Assembly (NCBI GenBank): GCA_951804945.1
Contig: OX638159.1
Coordinates: 37,820,001 to 37,884,000, forward strand
Direction of reading: 5' to 3'
Length of the DNA: 64,000 nt
DNA from: Podarcis cretensis
Lineage: Eukaryota
Shown here: positions 1 through 13,700 of the stretch, piece by piece
Numbering within the stretch: position 1 is the stretch's first letter
Layout of the letters: every line of letters begins with the position of its first letter
The notes under the pieces: generated by a model
Database searches by the model: none
The model's input: the letters and a program-made list of their open reading frames with translations, nothing else
What the model was told of the DNA's origin: nothing
Program-made: the position numbers and the translations under genes

Positions 1-1074
1 AGATAGGCAAGGGTACACAGCCCAGCTCACTAGTGGGACCAGGTGGAGATCATGGGGCTCATTAGGTCTAGGAGGAGGTTTTTGGTCATTCAGCTGGGTA
101 GTTGAGGATCACATGTTTTGTTAAGTGGAGAGGCTCCACTGGAGCAAACTCAGGTGAAGCGATCAAGATTGGGAAGGATAAAAGGGAAGCAAGGCAGAGA
201 CTCCATGTCTGCTCAAGTTTCTCTGTTAATGGACCACAGCTTGGCTGCTTCAGGAACTCCAGTGGACTGTGACTTTGGGACCGACCTCAGGTGTTCCAAC
301 CCTGGATCTTCTGCAGAGGCAGAAACCTGACCTTGCAGACTGATTTTGCTTGCTCTGATTGCTCTTGATAGAAAGGTAGTGTTTTGTTTGGTTTTTGAAA
401 AATGTTACGTAGCATATGTATTTCTTGCTATCTCATGAATGTAAAATAAATGATGAGTTATTGGGGGGCGATGGTGAACCACCCTGTAATCTATGGATGA
501 AAGGCAGTATACAAGTTTAATAAATAATAAATAAAAATGTATTGGAAGCAAGAGTAATTTAACAATGGAACTATTTACCTAGGGGCAGTGCTGGGTTCAT
601 CCTTGCTGGAAATATTAAGCAAAGGCTAGTCAGCCATTTGTTAGAGATGCTCAGGATTTCCTACATCAAGCAGGGGATTGAGCTGAATGACACACCCTGT
701 AATTCAATGGAATGAAAACACTTGATGCGAAATAAATAGCAAGGCTTGCTCGGAATTTTTCTTTCAAATGGCTTCCCCAGGGAAATCGGACCTTCCCCTT
801 CCACATGCACAGCAGCTATGTCATTGCCACTGGTGTGGAAAGAACATACAGAAGAAGTGTCATGTCCAAAACAGCGGAAAGTCAATTGCAATTCCATGAT
901 TTTATGGGGGCTATGAGTCACCCATTTTGAAGGAGCTCTGAAGATAGTTTTCAGGATAGAAAATCATAATGCCAGACACTTATTTTTTGAAAAGTGAAAA
1001 ATAGGTTCAAAAGTAATCATTTGGGTATGATTAAATTTCCAACAACTTATTACGGGGTGGCATACGTAATAATA

Positions 1075-1439
1075 GGGACGCAGGTGGCTCTGTGGGTAAA
1101 AGCCTCAGCGCCTAGGGCTTACCGATCGAAAGGTCAGCGGTTCGAATCCCTGCGGCGGGGTGCGCTCCCGTCATTCGGTCCCAGCGCCTGCCAACCTAGC
1201 AGTTCGAAAGCACCCCCGGGTGCAAGTAGATAAATAGGGACCGCTTACTAGCGGGAAGGTAAACGGCATTTCCGTGTGCTACGCTGGTGCTGGCTCGCCA
1301 GAGCAGCTTCGTCACGCTGGCCACGTGACCCGGAAGTGTCTCCGGACAGCGCTGGCCCCCGGCCTCTTGAGTGAGATGGGCGCACAACCCCAGAGTCTGT
1401 CAAGACTGGCCCGTACGGGCAGGGGTACCTTTACCTTTT
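1075..1439 (+). mobile_element. Sauria SINE, full length
   Basis: Starts GGGACGCAGGTGGC; B-box GGTTCGAATCC; ends GGGGTACCTTTACCTTT; 12-bp TSD ATACGTAATAAT at 1062-1073 and 1440-1451. Confidence 0.92.
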
Positions 1440-3707
1440 ATACGTAATAATTCCCAATGTTTCAACACCTTCTCCAGTATAAATGCAACTGCGGACCTTT
1501 GGAGGATGTCCTCTTGGGTTTCATTATACAAGGGCAACGGAAAGCAGAGTGCAGTCAGACATGCACTCTGGAAGGCACCCAAAATGTTCAAGAGATCATT
1601 AGCACAACTCCCTTCTTTGTGTGCCTCCTCCACAAGAGGGCTGGAGGGTGACAACATGAGAGCAGGCCTTTTCTGCAATGGCTCCCTGCTTGTAGAATGT
1701 TCTCCCCAGAGAGGCCTGCCAATGGCCCCTTTGTTACATATCTTTGGGCACCAGGCCAAAACATTCCTCTCCCCCCAAGACCTTTGACTAATTAAACCAG
1801 CTATGGCCTTTTGACCTGGGCAGGGGTATTGCTTTTGTTTGTTTCTATGCTATTTTTAAAAATGTTTTTGTATTGTGACCCTCAGATGAAGGGCAGTATA
1901 CACATTTAATAAATAATATGTTTGAGTTGCACCTAGGCTATAATCAAATCTCAGTCTATTAAAACTTTTAAAAAAACAACAATGGTAATGCTTCATTTAC
2001 TAACACCCCGTTTCAGAAGCCAGTGCAATACAAGACATTTCAAGGTAAACAAATACAAAGAATGGATAGCAAGTGCAAGGATAGCAAAAAAAAAGCAAGC
2101 ATCAAGTGTTGCAATGTTTTGCAGAGTCTTAAGAGGGCGACTGATAATTGTATAAAACAAATAGAAATTAAAAAGTAAGGGGCTTTTATGTTTTAAGACA
2201 GAATGCTTTCATACAGTGAGAAGACCTGAATATAAATGCAGCTGGTGTTCCTTGTGTTGAGGGAGGAGTTATTGTACTTTGTCTTGATTTGCTATGGGAA
2301 GCAGCAGGCTTCCAGCTGTACAAATGGCACTCTGGCTGCTCTCGACATAAACATTTCCACCTGGCCTCAAATGGAGTGAGGAGGGGGTGGGAAATGATGT
2401 AATTTCCAAAGCACTAGCAGAGTCAAAGCCAGGCAACCCATCAATCAGACCTCTGCAAGCCCATACACAAGACCTCTCAAATTACCACTTCACACCAAGA
2501 ACCTGCTGAAAACCGTCCCCTTTTAACATCTGCTAATCAGATTGCGTCTTAGGAGCCTGGGACAATTAAACCTGTTATTGCAGGGAGCAATGTGGAAAGA
2601 AGGGGGATGTCACATGTCTACAGCTGGGCATTTGGAAAAACAGATGGACTGTATCTGAAGCAATGACTCTCTTTGAAATCCAATTATTAAACAGTGAGAA
2701 TGAGGCCTTAATGGAGCTGGCTGAAAAGTATGAGCCTGGTGCTACTCATCAGCAGCTCCTGTGGCACAGTCACCTGGAACAAGCGTAAAGACTTGAAACT
2801 CTGGCCAGTGCCGTTAACAGCTGAGAGAAAATCAATGGTGGCAGCAGCAACAGAGTATTTTCTGCTCAGTATGGTGGGTCAGTCTCATAAAATCAAAAAC
2901 TGACACTCGCATTGCTGAAAATTCCACTGGCCAGCTCACAAGAATCTGAGCATTTTCTAAGAAACCCAGTCCGTACATATTATAGAAGCCTCCAGGAAGG
3001 CTGACTTTTGCATGAGCCATCTAGTAGCAGAAAGGACCCCATCCACACCCTGTAATGTGCTCTCATTTGCAGTTGTGTGACACCAGACATCGGCACTTAA
3101 ATTACGAAGATCTATTGGTAGAGGGGGTGGAATCCAAAATTTATACATGCCTTTCAACAGGCTACATTTACAATGATGTAGAACTGTATATAAAACTAGG
3201 GATGGAGCAAAGTATTGATCTATGTTTTTTAAACAAACTGACCTAATTCACACTTCCCAAATTAATGCACAGATTGGAATATAATCATCCTTCAAATCCC
3301 ACACTTTTCCAAGTTTTACAATAAAGTTGTCAGCTCAAAAGAAGTACCCAAATGCATAAGCATTGTTGGTTGTTTTTAGGATAGAGTACTTTAGAAATCC
3401 ATGCAGTGATATAAAATTTTAATATTATTTATTTATAAAATGCTTAAGCATCAAGGTAACTTATTTAAATTTTTAATATCATGCAATTCCCCCCATAAAT
3501 TGCAATAAATGGTGAAATGGGATAGAACAGACTTCTGAATAAACATGCAAAACTGACACAGACCAGAAATAGACTGGTCTGTCCATCCTTAAGTAAAACA
3601 TCCATGCATGAGAACAATATAGAAACTGTGCAGCTTCTAGGCAATAAGGCAATGTGTGCCTATGAGTCTGCACAGAATTTTTTGGGTGCAGAATTCTGGC
3701 CTATTTT

Positions 3708-3840
3708 CATAGAAGAGAAGAGTTGGAAGGGACCATGAGGGCCGTCTAGTCCAGCCTTCTGCAATGCAGGAATCTTTGGCCCAAAGTGGGGCTCGAACCC
3801 AAGACCTTGAGATAAAGAGACTGATGCTCTACTCACTGAG
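3708..3840 (-). mobile_element. Degenerate tRNA-derived SINE with CR1-like 3' tail
   Basis: Reverse complement resembles the element at 57275-57425: tRNA head with GGGTTCGAGCCCCAC and tail GGTCCCTTCCAACTC. Confidence 0.65.
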
Positions 3841-4124
3841 TGTATCTGTACAGAATTTGTTTGGTTTCAGCATAAATGAGACAACCAGAGTATTAGTGAA
3901 CTCCAGCAATTAGAGGCCGATTAAAGTGTCAAGGAGCCTGGAGGCATGCAGATTATGTTCTCCCTCTTTCTTTTCCAAGATCTATGCAACAGATCCTATT
4001 CTGACTAAGCTTTTTAATTGTGATTTTTCTATTTATATGTTCATGAGACCCTTCAGACCACAACATTCTTCTTGGTAAATACTGCTGCCAAGCATGCAAA
4101 ATGAGATGCCTATGTGTGTATTTC

Positions 4125-4174
<50 letters not shown>
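4125..4174. repeat. (AAT)n microsatellite
   Basis: Perfect AAT run seen directly. Confidence 0.95.
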
Positions 4175-4176
4175 GG

Positions 4177-4525
4177 TGTTGTGTATTGAGTCAAAGGATT
4201 TAATATCTGTATTATTATTGTCTGTATTTGCATTAGGGTAAAGTAACTGCCTTTTGGTTCCAGAGGGTACAGCTACTATTGGTTCATTTAAGCTGCTGTA
4301 TTTGGATCCTCTGTCTTATTGGTTTCCTCCAAAAGGCAGGAGTGTGATTGCCTGATATTGTTCCCTCCAAAATTTATCCTTTCTAGCTAGTTCCCTGCCC
4401 CTATAAATGTAGCTCTCCCCTCCTCAGGTCTCAGTCTTGTTGCTTTAATAAAGAAGTGTTACTAGAGAACTGTCTCCAGCATATTATGTCAAGAGAGCTG
4501 AAATCACAAACCCCACGTCACAACA
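4177..4525 (+). mobile_element. Solo LTR (about 349 bp)
   Basis: 7-bp inverted termini TGTTGTG...CACAACA; TATAAA at 4402; AATAAA at 4447. No clean TSD because the right end abuts an L2 tail. Confidence 0.65.
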
Positions 4526-4527
4526 AC

Positions 4528-5784
4528 AATAATAATAATTTATTATTTGTACCCTGCCCATCTGGCTGGGTTTCCCCAGCCACTCTGGGCGGCTTCCATA
4601 AAAATCAAAAATACACTAAAATATCACAGATTAAAAACTTCCCTGAACAGGGCTGCCTTAAGATGTCTTCTGAATGTCAGGTAGTTATTTATCGCTTTGA
4701 CATCTGATGGGAGGGCGTTCCACAGGGCAGGCGCCACTACCGAGAAGGCCCTCTGCCTGGTTCCCTGTAGCTTTGCTTCTTGCAATGAGGGAACCGCCAG
4801 AAGGCCCTCGGAGCTGGACCTCAGCGTCCGGGCAGAACGATGGGGGTGGAGACGCTCCTTCAGGTATACTGGGCCGAGGCCGTTTAGGGCTTTAAAGGTC
4901 AACACCAGCACTTTGAATTGTGCTCGGAAACGTACTGGGAGCCAATGTAGGTCTTTCAAGACCGGTGTTATGTGGTCTCGGCGGCCGCCCCCAGTCACCA
5001 GTCTAGCTGCCACATTCTGGATTAGTTGTAGTTTCCGAGTCACCTTCAAAGGTAGCCCCACGTAGAGCGCATTGCAGTAGTCCAAGCGGGAGATAACTAG
5101 AGCATGCACCACTTTGGCTAGACAGTCCGCGGGCAGGTAGAGTCTCAGCCTGCGTACCAGGTGGAGCTGGTAGACAGCTGCCCTGGATACAGAATTGACC
5201 TGCACCTCCATGGACAGCTGTGAGTCCAAAATGACTCCCAGGCTGAGCACCTGGTCCTTCAGGGGCACAGTTACCCTATTCAGGACCAGGGAGTCCTCCA
5301 CACCAGCCCGCCCCCTGTCCCCCCAAAACAGTACTTCTGTCTTGTCAGGATTCAACCTCAATCCATTAGTCGCCATCCATCCTCTAACCGCCTCCAGGGA
5401 CTCACACAGGACCTTCACCGCCTTCACTGGTTCTGATTTGAAAGAGAGGTAGAGCTGGGTATCATCTGCATATTGATGGACACCCAGTCCAAACCCCCTG
5501 ATGATCTCTCCCAGCGACTTCATATAGATGTTAAAAAGCATGGGGGAGAGGACAGAACCCTGAGGCACCCCACAAGTGAGGGCCCAGGGGTCTGAACACT
5601 CATCCCCCACCACCACTTTCTGAACACGGCCCAGGAGAAAGGAGAGAAACCACTGTATAACAGTGCCCCCAGCTACCAGCCCCTCTAGACGGTCCAGAAG
5701 GATGTTATGGTCGATTGTATCAAAGGCCGCTGAGAGATCCAGCAGAACTAGGAAACAACTCTCACCTTTGTCCCTAGCTCGCCG
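4528..5784 (-). mobile_element. L2-clade LINE, 5'-truncated, young (C-terminal half of RT plus 3' tail)
   Basis: ORF 4624-5616 has RT motifs GVPQGSVLSP and YADDTQLYLSF and the L2-type C-terminus LHWLPVRFRAQFK...WNALP. Short 3'UTR and AAT tail. Highly similar to 28681-29943. Confidence 0.93.
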
Positions 5785-5961
5785 GTTTCATTATAACACA
5801 ATGAGTGGCACCCAGTGCTGTTGTTCCACTTGTGGAATGGCTTTTAATCCAGTGGGGAAATCTGCTAACATAGGAGGAGGTGAGGCTACATCCTCTTATT
5901 TCCCCTTTCTACTACAGCCCCATTTCAGAGAGTTGGGAGATGCTCCAGAACAGCTTGGAAG

Positions 5962-6577
5962 TGTGCAGGGCCCAGAGGTAACCCGTGAAACGCGGTCCAG
6001 AATCCGAAGGTTCCGCTAGGAGTCAGTCCAACAGGGCCAAGGCAGGACACAAGGCAGGAAACCAGGCAAGGACAGGTACAGGATCTCAGGCAGGATCTAG
6101 CATACAGCAATGTTGCTCCCGCAACCTGGGGCGGGGTCCAACAGCCTTTTATCTTTGTCGGGGTAGCGTCCAGTCCTGATCCCCCCGGTGACTCACCTCC
6201 CTGTTTCGCCCGAAGGCGAGCACTCCTCCTGCGAGTACTCAGGTCTCTCCTTCTCTCAGACCTTAGTCTCTGCAGCTCGGGAGACGTCGGTGGGTTACTA
6301 GACCCAGGGGCCGCCTCAGCCTCCCCTGACCAAACCGGTAGTGGAGCAGCTGTAAGCAATGGCCCAGCTGAAGGCAATGAGGTAAACCCCATATCTGGAG
6401 CCAGGGCAGGCTCAGGCCCCTGACTCAGCCCAGCTGGTGTTTGTTGCAGGGGAACCTGTGCAGACTGGGACTCTTCAGGATCCGGCCCCAGACTTGGTTC
6501 AGGTGATGCCTGAGGCAAAGGATCCGGTGCAGACTGAGTCTCCTCTGGTTCCAAGCCCAAGTCCCAGGCCAGTGGCA
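5962..6577 (-). mobile_element. GC-rich interspersed repeat, probably LTR-like
   Basis: Sharp compositional island with TG...CA-like ends, internal short repeats (CAAGGCAGG) and a minus-strand ATAAAA near 6147-6152. TSD ambiguous (GGAAGT near both ends). Confidence 0.45.
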
Positions 6578-7774
6578 GGGGAAGTTGTAGTACAAAGAAA
6601 GAATCAGAGAAAGGGGAATCACCCTCCCTCCCTCTGCTAGATCAAAAGCTATGACACAAGCATTGGATTTCCTCCTATGAAAACACTATCTTTAATAAGT
6701 TGAACTTCATTAGTAATGTGCCATGATCAAAATGTCTAGAACTTCAACCATACAGCTCCAAGTTCTGCTTAACAAGGGGAAAGCTCATTCCTGTCCTCCT
6801 GTTGAGGCAGTGACTCCTCCTCCTTCAGTGCTTATATGTCACAGAATGGCACAGAAATGAGGCTGCCCATGGGCCCCTTGTGCAGCATCCTAAGGGCCAA
6901 CAAAGGTTCCCTGTATACCTGGCTGTGTGCCTGCACCAGGAAAACCTGTTTAAAAAGGGTTGCCCCAGCACTGAAGCAAAATGATTGACAGCTTAATTAA
7001 ATAAGGGGGATTAAAATGTGGCAATTCACAGGAAGGAAAACCAAAGGCCAGTCACCAGAGGATAGACATTTTAAAAATGTTAAATTCTGAATGGCTGTGT
7101 AAAAAAAAAATTGCCTAAGCATATGTGTCCCCCTTCTCAAGAACCGTTTACATTTATAATGAATCTGACAGCTCCAGGAAGTGACCTGATGTGCATCCAA
7201 TCTCCAGGAAGAAAAATGCTTAGTTTGATCTTGAAAACCAGTTTGATTTCAATAGTTGTTTTCAACCTCCCAAGTATTGAATTTCCTTTTGTTCTTCACA
7301 GCACTGACTTTTCCCAATAAACAAACAAAATAACATTAACTGTGGGAAAGAATGTGCTCTTGTTTAGTGAAAGTTTTAGGCCTTTTAAAAGTTCTTAAAC
7401 TTTCATGTTCAAATGCATTATTTTCTGTGTGCACAATCACCCTTTTCCTAAGTCACAGATTTTAAGGAGTGCATACAAAAACTATACTTAACTGCAGAAT
7501 TCTTAACAAACATAAAAACCCACATCTTTAAAAGCCTCAGTAAGTAAGGAGGACTTTACCTCACACCAAAAAGGCATCAGGTTTAAGCACCAGTGAAGCC
7601 TCCTTGGTGAGATGAATGGTTAAATTAAGGGGAGAAGTTGTCTTGAGTTATCTTGTATGAACTGTCCCATAACATTTTCCCATCCACAGAATTCTTTGCA
7701 ACATGCAGAGGTTCCTTGACAGATAAGCAACTGCCCAGAAAAGTCTCTGTTATGAGACAGCATGCCAGTGTCAG

Positions 7775-7824
7775 GAGTGAGTGAGTGAGTGAATGAATGA
7801 ATGAATGAATGAATGAATGAATGA
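7775..7824. repeat. (GAGT)n(GAAT)n microsatellite
   Basis: Seen directly. Confidence 0.9.
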
Positions 7825-8118
7825 AGTTAATGAGGAATGAAAATCACTAGTAAGTACAATCAGAACCTAATGAGTATTATTTATGGAGACTATACTACCT
7901 TCAGCATGAGAGGCAGCATGTTTCTGACTATGAGGACAATGATCAGGAGAGGTATATTCCATTCATGTCCTGCTTCAAGGTTACCCATAGACATCTGTTT
8001 GGTCACTGTGGGAAACAACATGGTGTAATCCAACAGGGCTCTTCTTAACTTCTTAATGAATTTTCAATATTCCTGGAAAACTTCATCAACTTCATCAAGC
8101 TACTTAATGCAGAAGTGA

Positions 8119-8195
8119 TAGTACTAGATGGCAGTACTAGTACTAGATGGGAGTACTAGTACTAGATGGAAGGTACTAGTACTAGATCTAGTACT
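8119..8195. repeat. Tandem 19-bp repeat built from palindromes
   Basis: About 3.5 copies of TAGTACTAGATGGNAGTAC, ending in the perfect 18-bp palindrome AGTACTAGATCTAGTACT (8178-8195). Confidence 0.9.
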
Positions 8196-10685
8196 TGGTT
8201 CCCTCTGAGGAAAAAAATCACTTACCAAACGCAGACTCTTAGGGGTTGGGGAGTGCAAACAAGCAAGGCTCATTTTTTTGAAATGTGATAGCTATTTATC
8301 TCTCACATGAACAACAAACTAATAAATAACAGACTTCCATAATCTCAACTATCATTTTAGAACAACACTCTTGCCTATCTAGTGGCTATACATCATACCA
8401 TACTTTTAAAAACCAAACAAACAAAACAAACTAGTTAGGATTATTGCACCTTTGTTTTCTTGAATATTATTTCTAAATGTGTTTGACTTTTATATTTGTC
8501 ACATCACAATTAAATATAGACTTTTTAATTTTAAAATGTGAGCATTTTTTTAAAAAAACACCTTCCACCCCCCCAAAAGATAGTATTTGTCCATTTATTA
8601 TCACTCAAGTAATATTCGTGGTTCTGGCTACATAGTGAACTTTAATTTTGTTTTGTTTTTTAAAGAAAGCTACACTGATTTATTGCTGGTAATTAAGCAG
8701 TAATTTTCTGCTGGATGCAAGATGCTGATCTCATCTCACACAACACAGCTTGAAATATACTTGGGAGAGACTAGGGTGCTTAAAATATTAGAGTTATAGC
8801 CTACAAAAATTGGATAAAGTCCAGTAATGAGATCACCCCTGTTCTGCATTGCTTAGGTCACTCCTTTCCAAATATTGAAATGTTTGTTCTTGAAACATGA
8901 GATACGTGGGTTTTTAAAAATATATGTTTTCAAAGAACAGTAAGAATAAGAAACAAGAAATCAACAAACTCCTCTACTGAAATAATAATAAAATGCACAT
9001 CAGAGGAGGGGAAACAAATAAAGTTACAAAAGCCATTATTATGCTTTTCCTTCAAAAGAAGAATGTGACTCTAAGCACACCCACTTTGAAGTACCGTAAT
9101 TGGCATTGAAATTAATGTAGTTTACTTCCAAGTAAACATGCGTGGGATCCAAGTGTTAATGTTTTACATTTCTCACTTCCATTTTCAAACAACAATATTG
9201 CCAAGAACCCTTCAAACTTTCTAATAATGTTATAAAGACATTGTAATATTAAACGGTCACTTGCTTTCAGGTAATTGTCACTGTGTTCTTTTAGCATTTC
9301 ATTTCCCTCAGAAAGCATTCCTCCCACCACCACCAAATGCTGAGCAATTTAGGATTACATTTCACCAGATGAAGTAGGCTGTGGTGCATAAAACCTTATG
9401 TCATAATAAATTTTTAGGTCACTTCCAGACTTTCAGTGTTTTGTGAGAGAGACTCAATCACTTCCTGGCAAATTTAAGTTGTGCAATTGAAGTGGATTTG
9501 GGACTCACTTCCGCCCCAAAAAGAATCTGACATTTTAGAGGTAGGAAAGAGACAGGAAAATGCACTGGAAAGTGTAGAATAACAGTTGTTTAACACAATG
9601 TTGTACAGCCTCACCACAAACCAATTCAGATGGATGCTCAAGTAAACAGATTGCTTGGAAGAGACGTTAGTATAAAGGCATTGCAAGACTCTTTGTTTGA
9701 AATGGGACAAATTGAAGCAATAAAGTGCTGAAATTGAACCGTTTTTCTTAAACACAGCTAATAAAATGTCTACTGATTTGTCAGAATAATAAAAGAGGGA
9801 AAGGGGAGATAACTTAAAATGGAATAATGGCATATGTGTTTCCAGCGCCAGTATGGTGCGTAAGTCAAGGAGTATCAGAATACAACTGGGAAGACCCAGC
9901 TTCAAATAACCATTCAGACTTGAAGGTCATTGGATGATCTTGAACCAGCCAATATCTCATAGTCTGAACCTAATTCAAAGGTTGTTGTGAGGATAAAATG
10001 GGAGATGGGGAGAACCTAAAATGTTGCCCTGAATGCTCTTGGAGGAAAAACAGAATAAAAATGTAATTAAAAACAAAAACAAAACAATCAATGAGATAGC
10101 CAGGCAAAACAAGCAACCTATCTAGGTAAATACCTTTTCAAGTAGAGATGAACACCACCTGGCAAATTCATCATTAAAAGTATAGTAAAAGAGAAGGGTT
10201 AGGACAATTGTCAAGAGGAAGAACAACCTCTGCGAAGACCATCCTCAATCTTTTCTGCTGTGTAGAAAACTTCTGAAAGCTTGCCTGGTCAAGCAACTTC
10301 AAACTTCACATTTGGATACAAAGTGTTTCAATTAGAATTTTTAAAAATGAACCTAAAACAGAAGATCAGAAGAAGAGCCTGCTGGATCAGACCAACAGCC
10401 CATCTCATCCAGCATCTTGTTCCCTCAATGGCTGAACAAGTTGCATGTGTCAAGCACAAGAACTCCACCCCACCCCATGGCTACCAGCCCCTGGTAATGG
10501 AATGTAGTGGGCAGCCTTCAGTAAAGAAATGTTACGTTCACCATAAGACTTCTATAATGCAAATGTTATCAGTCTAATTTCTACTGCTATCACATAATCT
10601 GATGGACTGTTCCTCATTACATCATCCCCCAAGTTGCATGCAGAGCTACTCAGCACATGAAAAAAGTACCCTCCAGTTTACTCAC

Positions 10686-10741
10686 CTGTTTTGTATTTCT
10701 TTTGTTGAAACTTTGCATCCCTTCATAAATGCAGGATATAC
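10686..10741 (-). other. Candidate 56-nt internal exon of the minus-strand host gene
   Basis: Minus strand reads CTAAATTATTTTCCCAG|G ... AACAG|GTGAGT: strong acceptor and perfect donor, in unique sequence. Contains two ATGs (MKGCKVSTKEIQN.. or MQSFNKRNTKQ). Gene not recognised. Confidence 0.55.
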
Positions 10742-13700
10742 CTGGGAAAATAATTTAGATGCAATGTAAAAATATAGGTATAGCAGTTAAGAAATCACTC
10801 AGCATTTCACAGTGCATGCTCCAAATTTTAAAACATTTCATTAGCAGAACCTGTTTACTTCACTGAAAAATTAACATTCTGGATGTTTCACAGCATATAT
10901 GATAACACATGAAGTGCTAAACTTTAGTTCTTCCTTTTGAAGTATTTGATTTCAGTAATGAGATTTTCCAGATGGCTTACATACAGTTAAGATTTAACAG
11001 CCAACTCCTGAGCACAAGATCAATCTTAAGAATCCAAGTTGTGCTGTAAGATCACAATGGTTGATTGTACCCATAGTCATGGGGTGTAAAGGAAGGAGCA
11101 GCACCAGCTGACACACAGTGGTGTTGGCCCAGAACTATATTTTCTCTGTTAATTCATGTACCGCAAATACTATTGGGCAGTATTCTTTTAAATAATTGCA
11201 TGAAGGGAATGACTTGTGCAACAGGACTTTCCACCTATCCTCTTCTCTCTATCCACAGATCTAATCTGGAGATTTGGGAGAACTTCTGTGACAGATGTTG
11301 GCATGCACCTGGAAGAAGAGTGTGGTGCCAAAGTGGAAGTAGCTTTACTTACACAAGGAATTACTTAGCACTATGCTGAAGGCAACTGATGTATTTCTTC
11401 TAATAATGATGGCTACTGAAGGCTATTTTAATATCAATATACACATATGAAAGGAAAATACAAACTGTTCTTTGGTTAGACTGAAAATGCTTAGGACTGT
11501 GGGTTTAGACTATCAGCAATGTAGAGCTATCTTCTTCTTCTTCTATTATTATTATTTTAAAAAATGAAAGTAAGCAAGTGATACAGAACGGAAAGGTAGA
11601 CACCTTTGTCTGTCTCCTTAACAAATGCCTCCTTTGCCTTCACACTGTTTGTTTTGCTTCCTACCTCTTACAAAATAAATGAGTTCTGTTGTTATAACAC
11701 TGCAATCCACATTACAAAACAAGCAAGGAAATCCCACACACCAGACAAAAGTTTACATTAAATAAGCAGCCGTTTGCATGGGCAAATCATTTCACAACTA
11801 AGCATATGCCCCATATTGTATTCAGGGGAACAAAAGCAACCCTCAGCTTCCATGTTTATAGGAAACATCTGTCTGAAATTTTTACCTATGTACCTCAGAC
11901 TAAACATATTCTTTTCAACTACCAGGAGATATGGCAAGGCAACTGGTGTACTTACTTAACAAACAAGGAAATAGCACTGAACTTTCTGTAACCTTTGCAG
12001 AACAAAGCAACAATGAAAAATATTATAAAAGGCAATGTAGCAAACACTGACTTTAAAGAGGCTAATTTGAAAACGCAGTATGAAAGTATTTCATATACAG
12101 CATGAGATTGACAGAGAAGTGCAGCAAAAGCTAGAGGCAGCTAAATACTATGTCAATACTATGTCAATCACCACTTAAGCTCTCCGTTAAGTCACCAGGA
12201 GATTCAAACCAGGGACCAGTGCCAGTGGAACAGCTTTCTGGCAGAGAAAGCTATTGGTCTGGTCTTTCCTGCTCTACAGCCCAGCACAAATAATGGTAAT
12301 TATACTGCAGTTCATCAGTGTAGCTGGAACAGCTGGGGAGCTAAGAAGGGTATAGATGTCCTTAGAGAGTTGCTTCCTTCAGCTTTGTTCCTTAGTCTAA
12401 GGAACCTGTCACGTAGCAGACGCTTAGCAGATTCCTCTGCATCCCTTTTCCTGAACCTTTTGGACCCCATGAGGCTGCCAGAAGACATAACCCAACCTAG
12501 TTCTGGGCAGATCCACAGAATGCAGTTAAAGCATATTCAACGCACACTTTAAAGCACATGGTTCCTTCCAAAGAATTATGGGAACTGTCTCCCCTTATAC
12601 TTCTGAAAATTGCATTAGGCAAGACCATTGGCTAGACTGTCAACATTCCATAAGATCATCTCTTCTTTTATTGGGATATTTGAAGCTTGGGTTTTAGATC
12701 ACTAAGTAAAAGTTGGAGGTATAAAGTCTCACACTGGCCAACTGTCTCAAGTTACAGATATACACCTTCATATCCATGAGAGAACAGAAAAATGGCTAAC
12801 CTTTAACCACACCAATGTGGCAGTTTTAAATTACATTCAGCTTCTATCATAGCTGCAGTATAGCTGCATATACAACGGGTTGGTTTTTTTAAAGAATCAA
12901 TGTTTAAATATATTGGGTACATATTTTAAGAAAAGCCAGGCTTGTTTAGACATTGAGATGCATGGGACTTAACACTGGGTGTGTGCTAATTTATTTTTTC
13001 CTCTAACTGACCAAGAACTATTATACTTCAAGATTCAACTCAGATCTCAAGAACAAAAGAAAAATTGAGTTATTGTGAAAACCTGAAGGCCTTTCATTCG
13101 TCTCAATTCCATGATGTTATGACTAGATTTAACAAACTAAAGCAGCTTACTCTGTTTTACCCCTTTGGCATTTCTGCCTCTAGAGAACCGCCCTTGATTT
13201 TCATCGCCCTCTGAACAGGGAGATCCACTGCTCACCCAAACACTTTTTCAAAACAAAACTTGCAAAAATGGTTGCTCTCCAATGCCATGAAGAGAAATTG
13301 GAGATGGTTTTTGCCACTGTTTTGAAGGAGTTAACATTGCACTCATTTTTGTAGATGGAGAAATATCCAACCGCAAGGAAAGTGGGAATGTTAACTGTGG
13401 TTTAGAGTTCACCACAAAGAACCTTTTCTTTGCTTTTTTAATGTGTTTTTTGTCATTCTAGGATCACACTAGAGCAGAGTGTTTAAATGTTGCTACAGCC
13501 TATTCAGTATTTTCATAAAAAATTACAGTCTGTCTTCTTGTAATAAAACAAACAGAATCTTTATAGTTTCATTGGCTCTTTGTCATCAGCTTTAGAAAGG
13601 TGGTGAAGATAAATGCCCTTATTCAATAGCTGAGGCAGAGCACTCTGCCAAGCTAAATCTTATTCTCTGAAATGGATTTGTTTGGCCATTTTATCTAGTT

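Noticed and set aside
5925-6560. 211-aa Pro-rich ORF
   Set aside because: Non-ATG start, low complexity, and confined to a repeat-like GC island.
8119-8195. CRISPR-like array
   Set aside because: No unique spacers, and the context is vertebrate.
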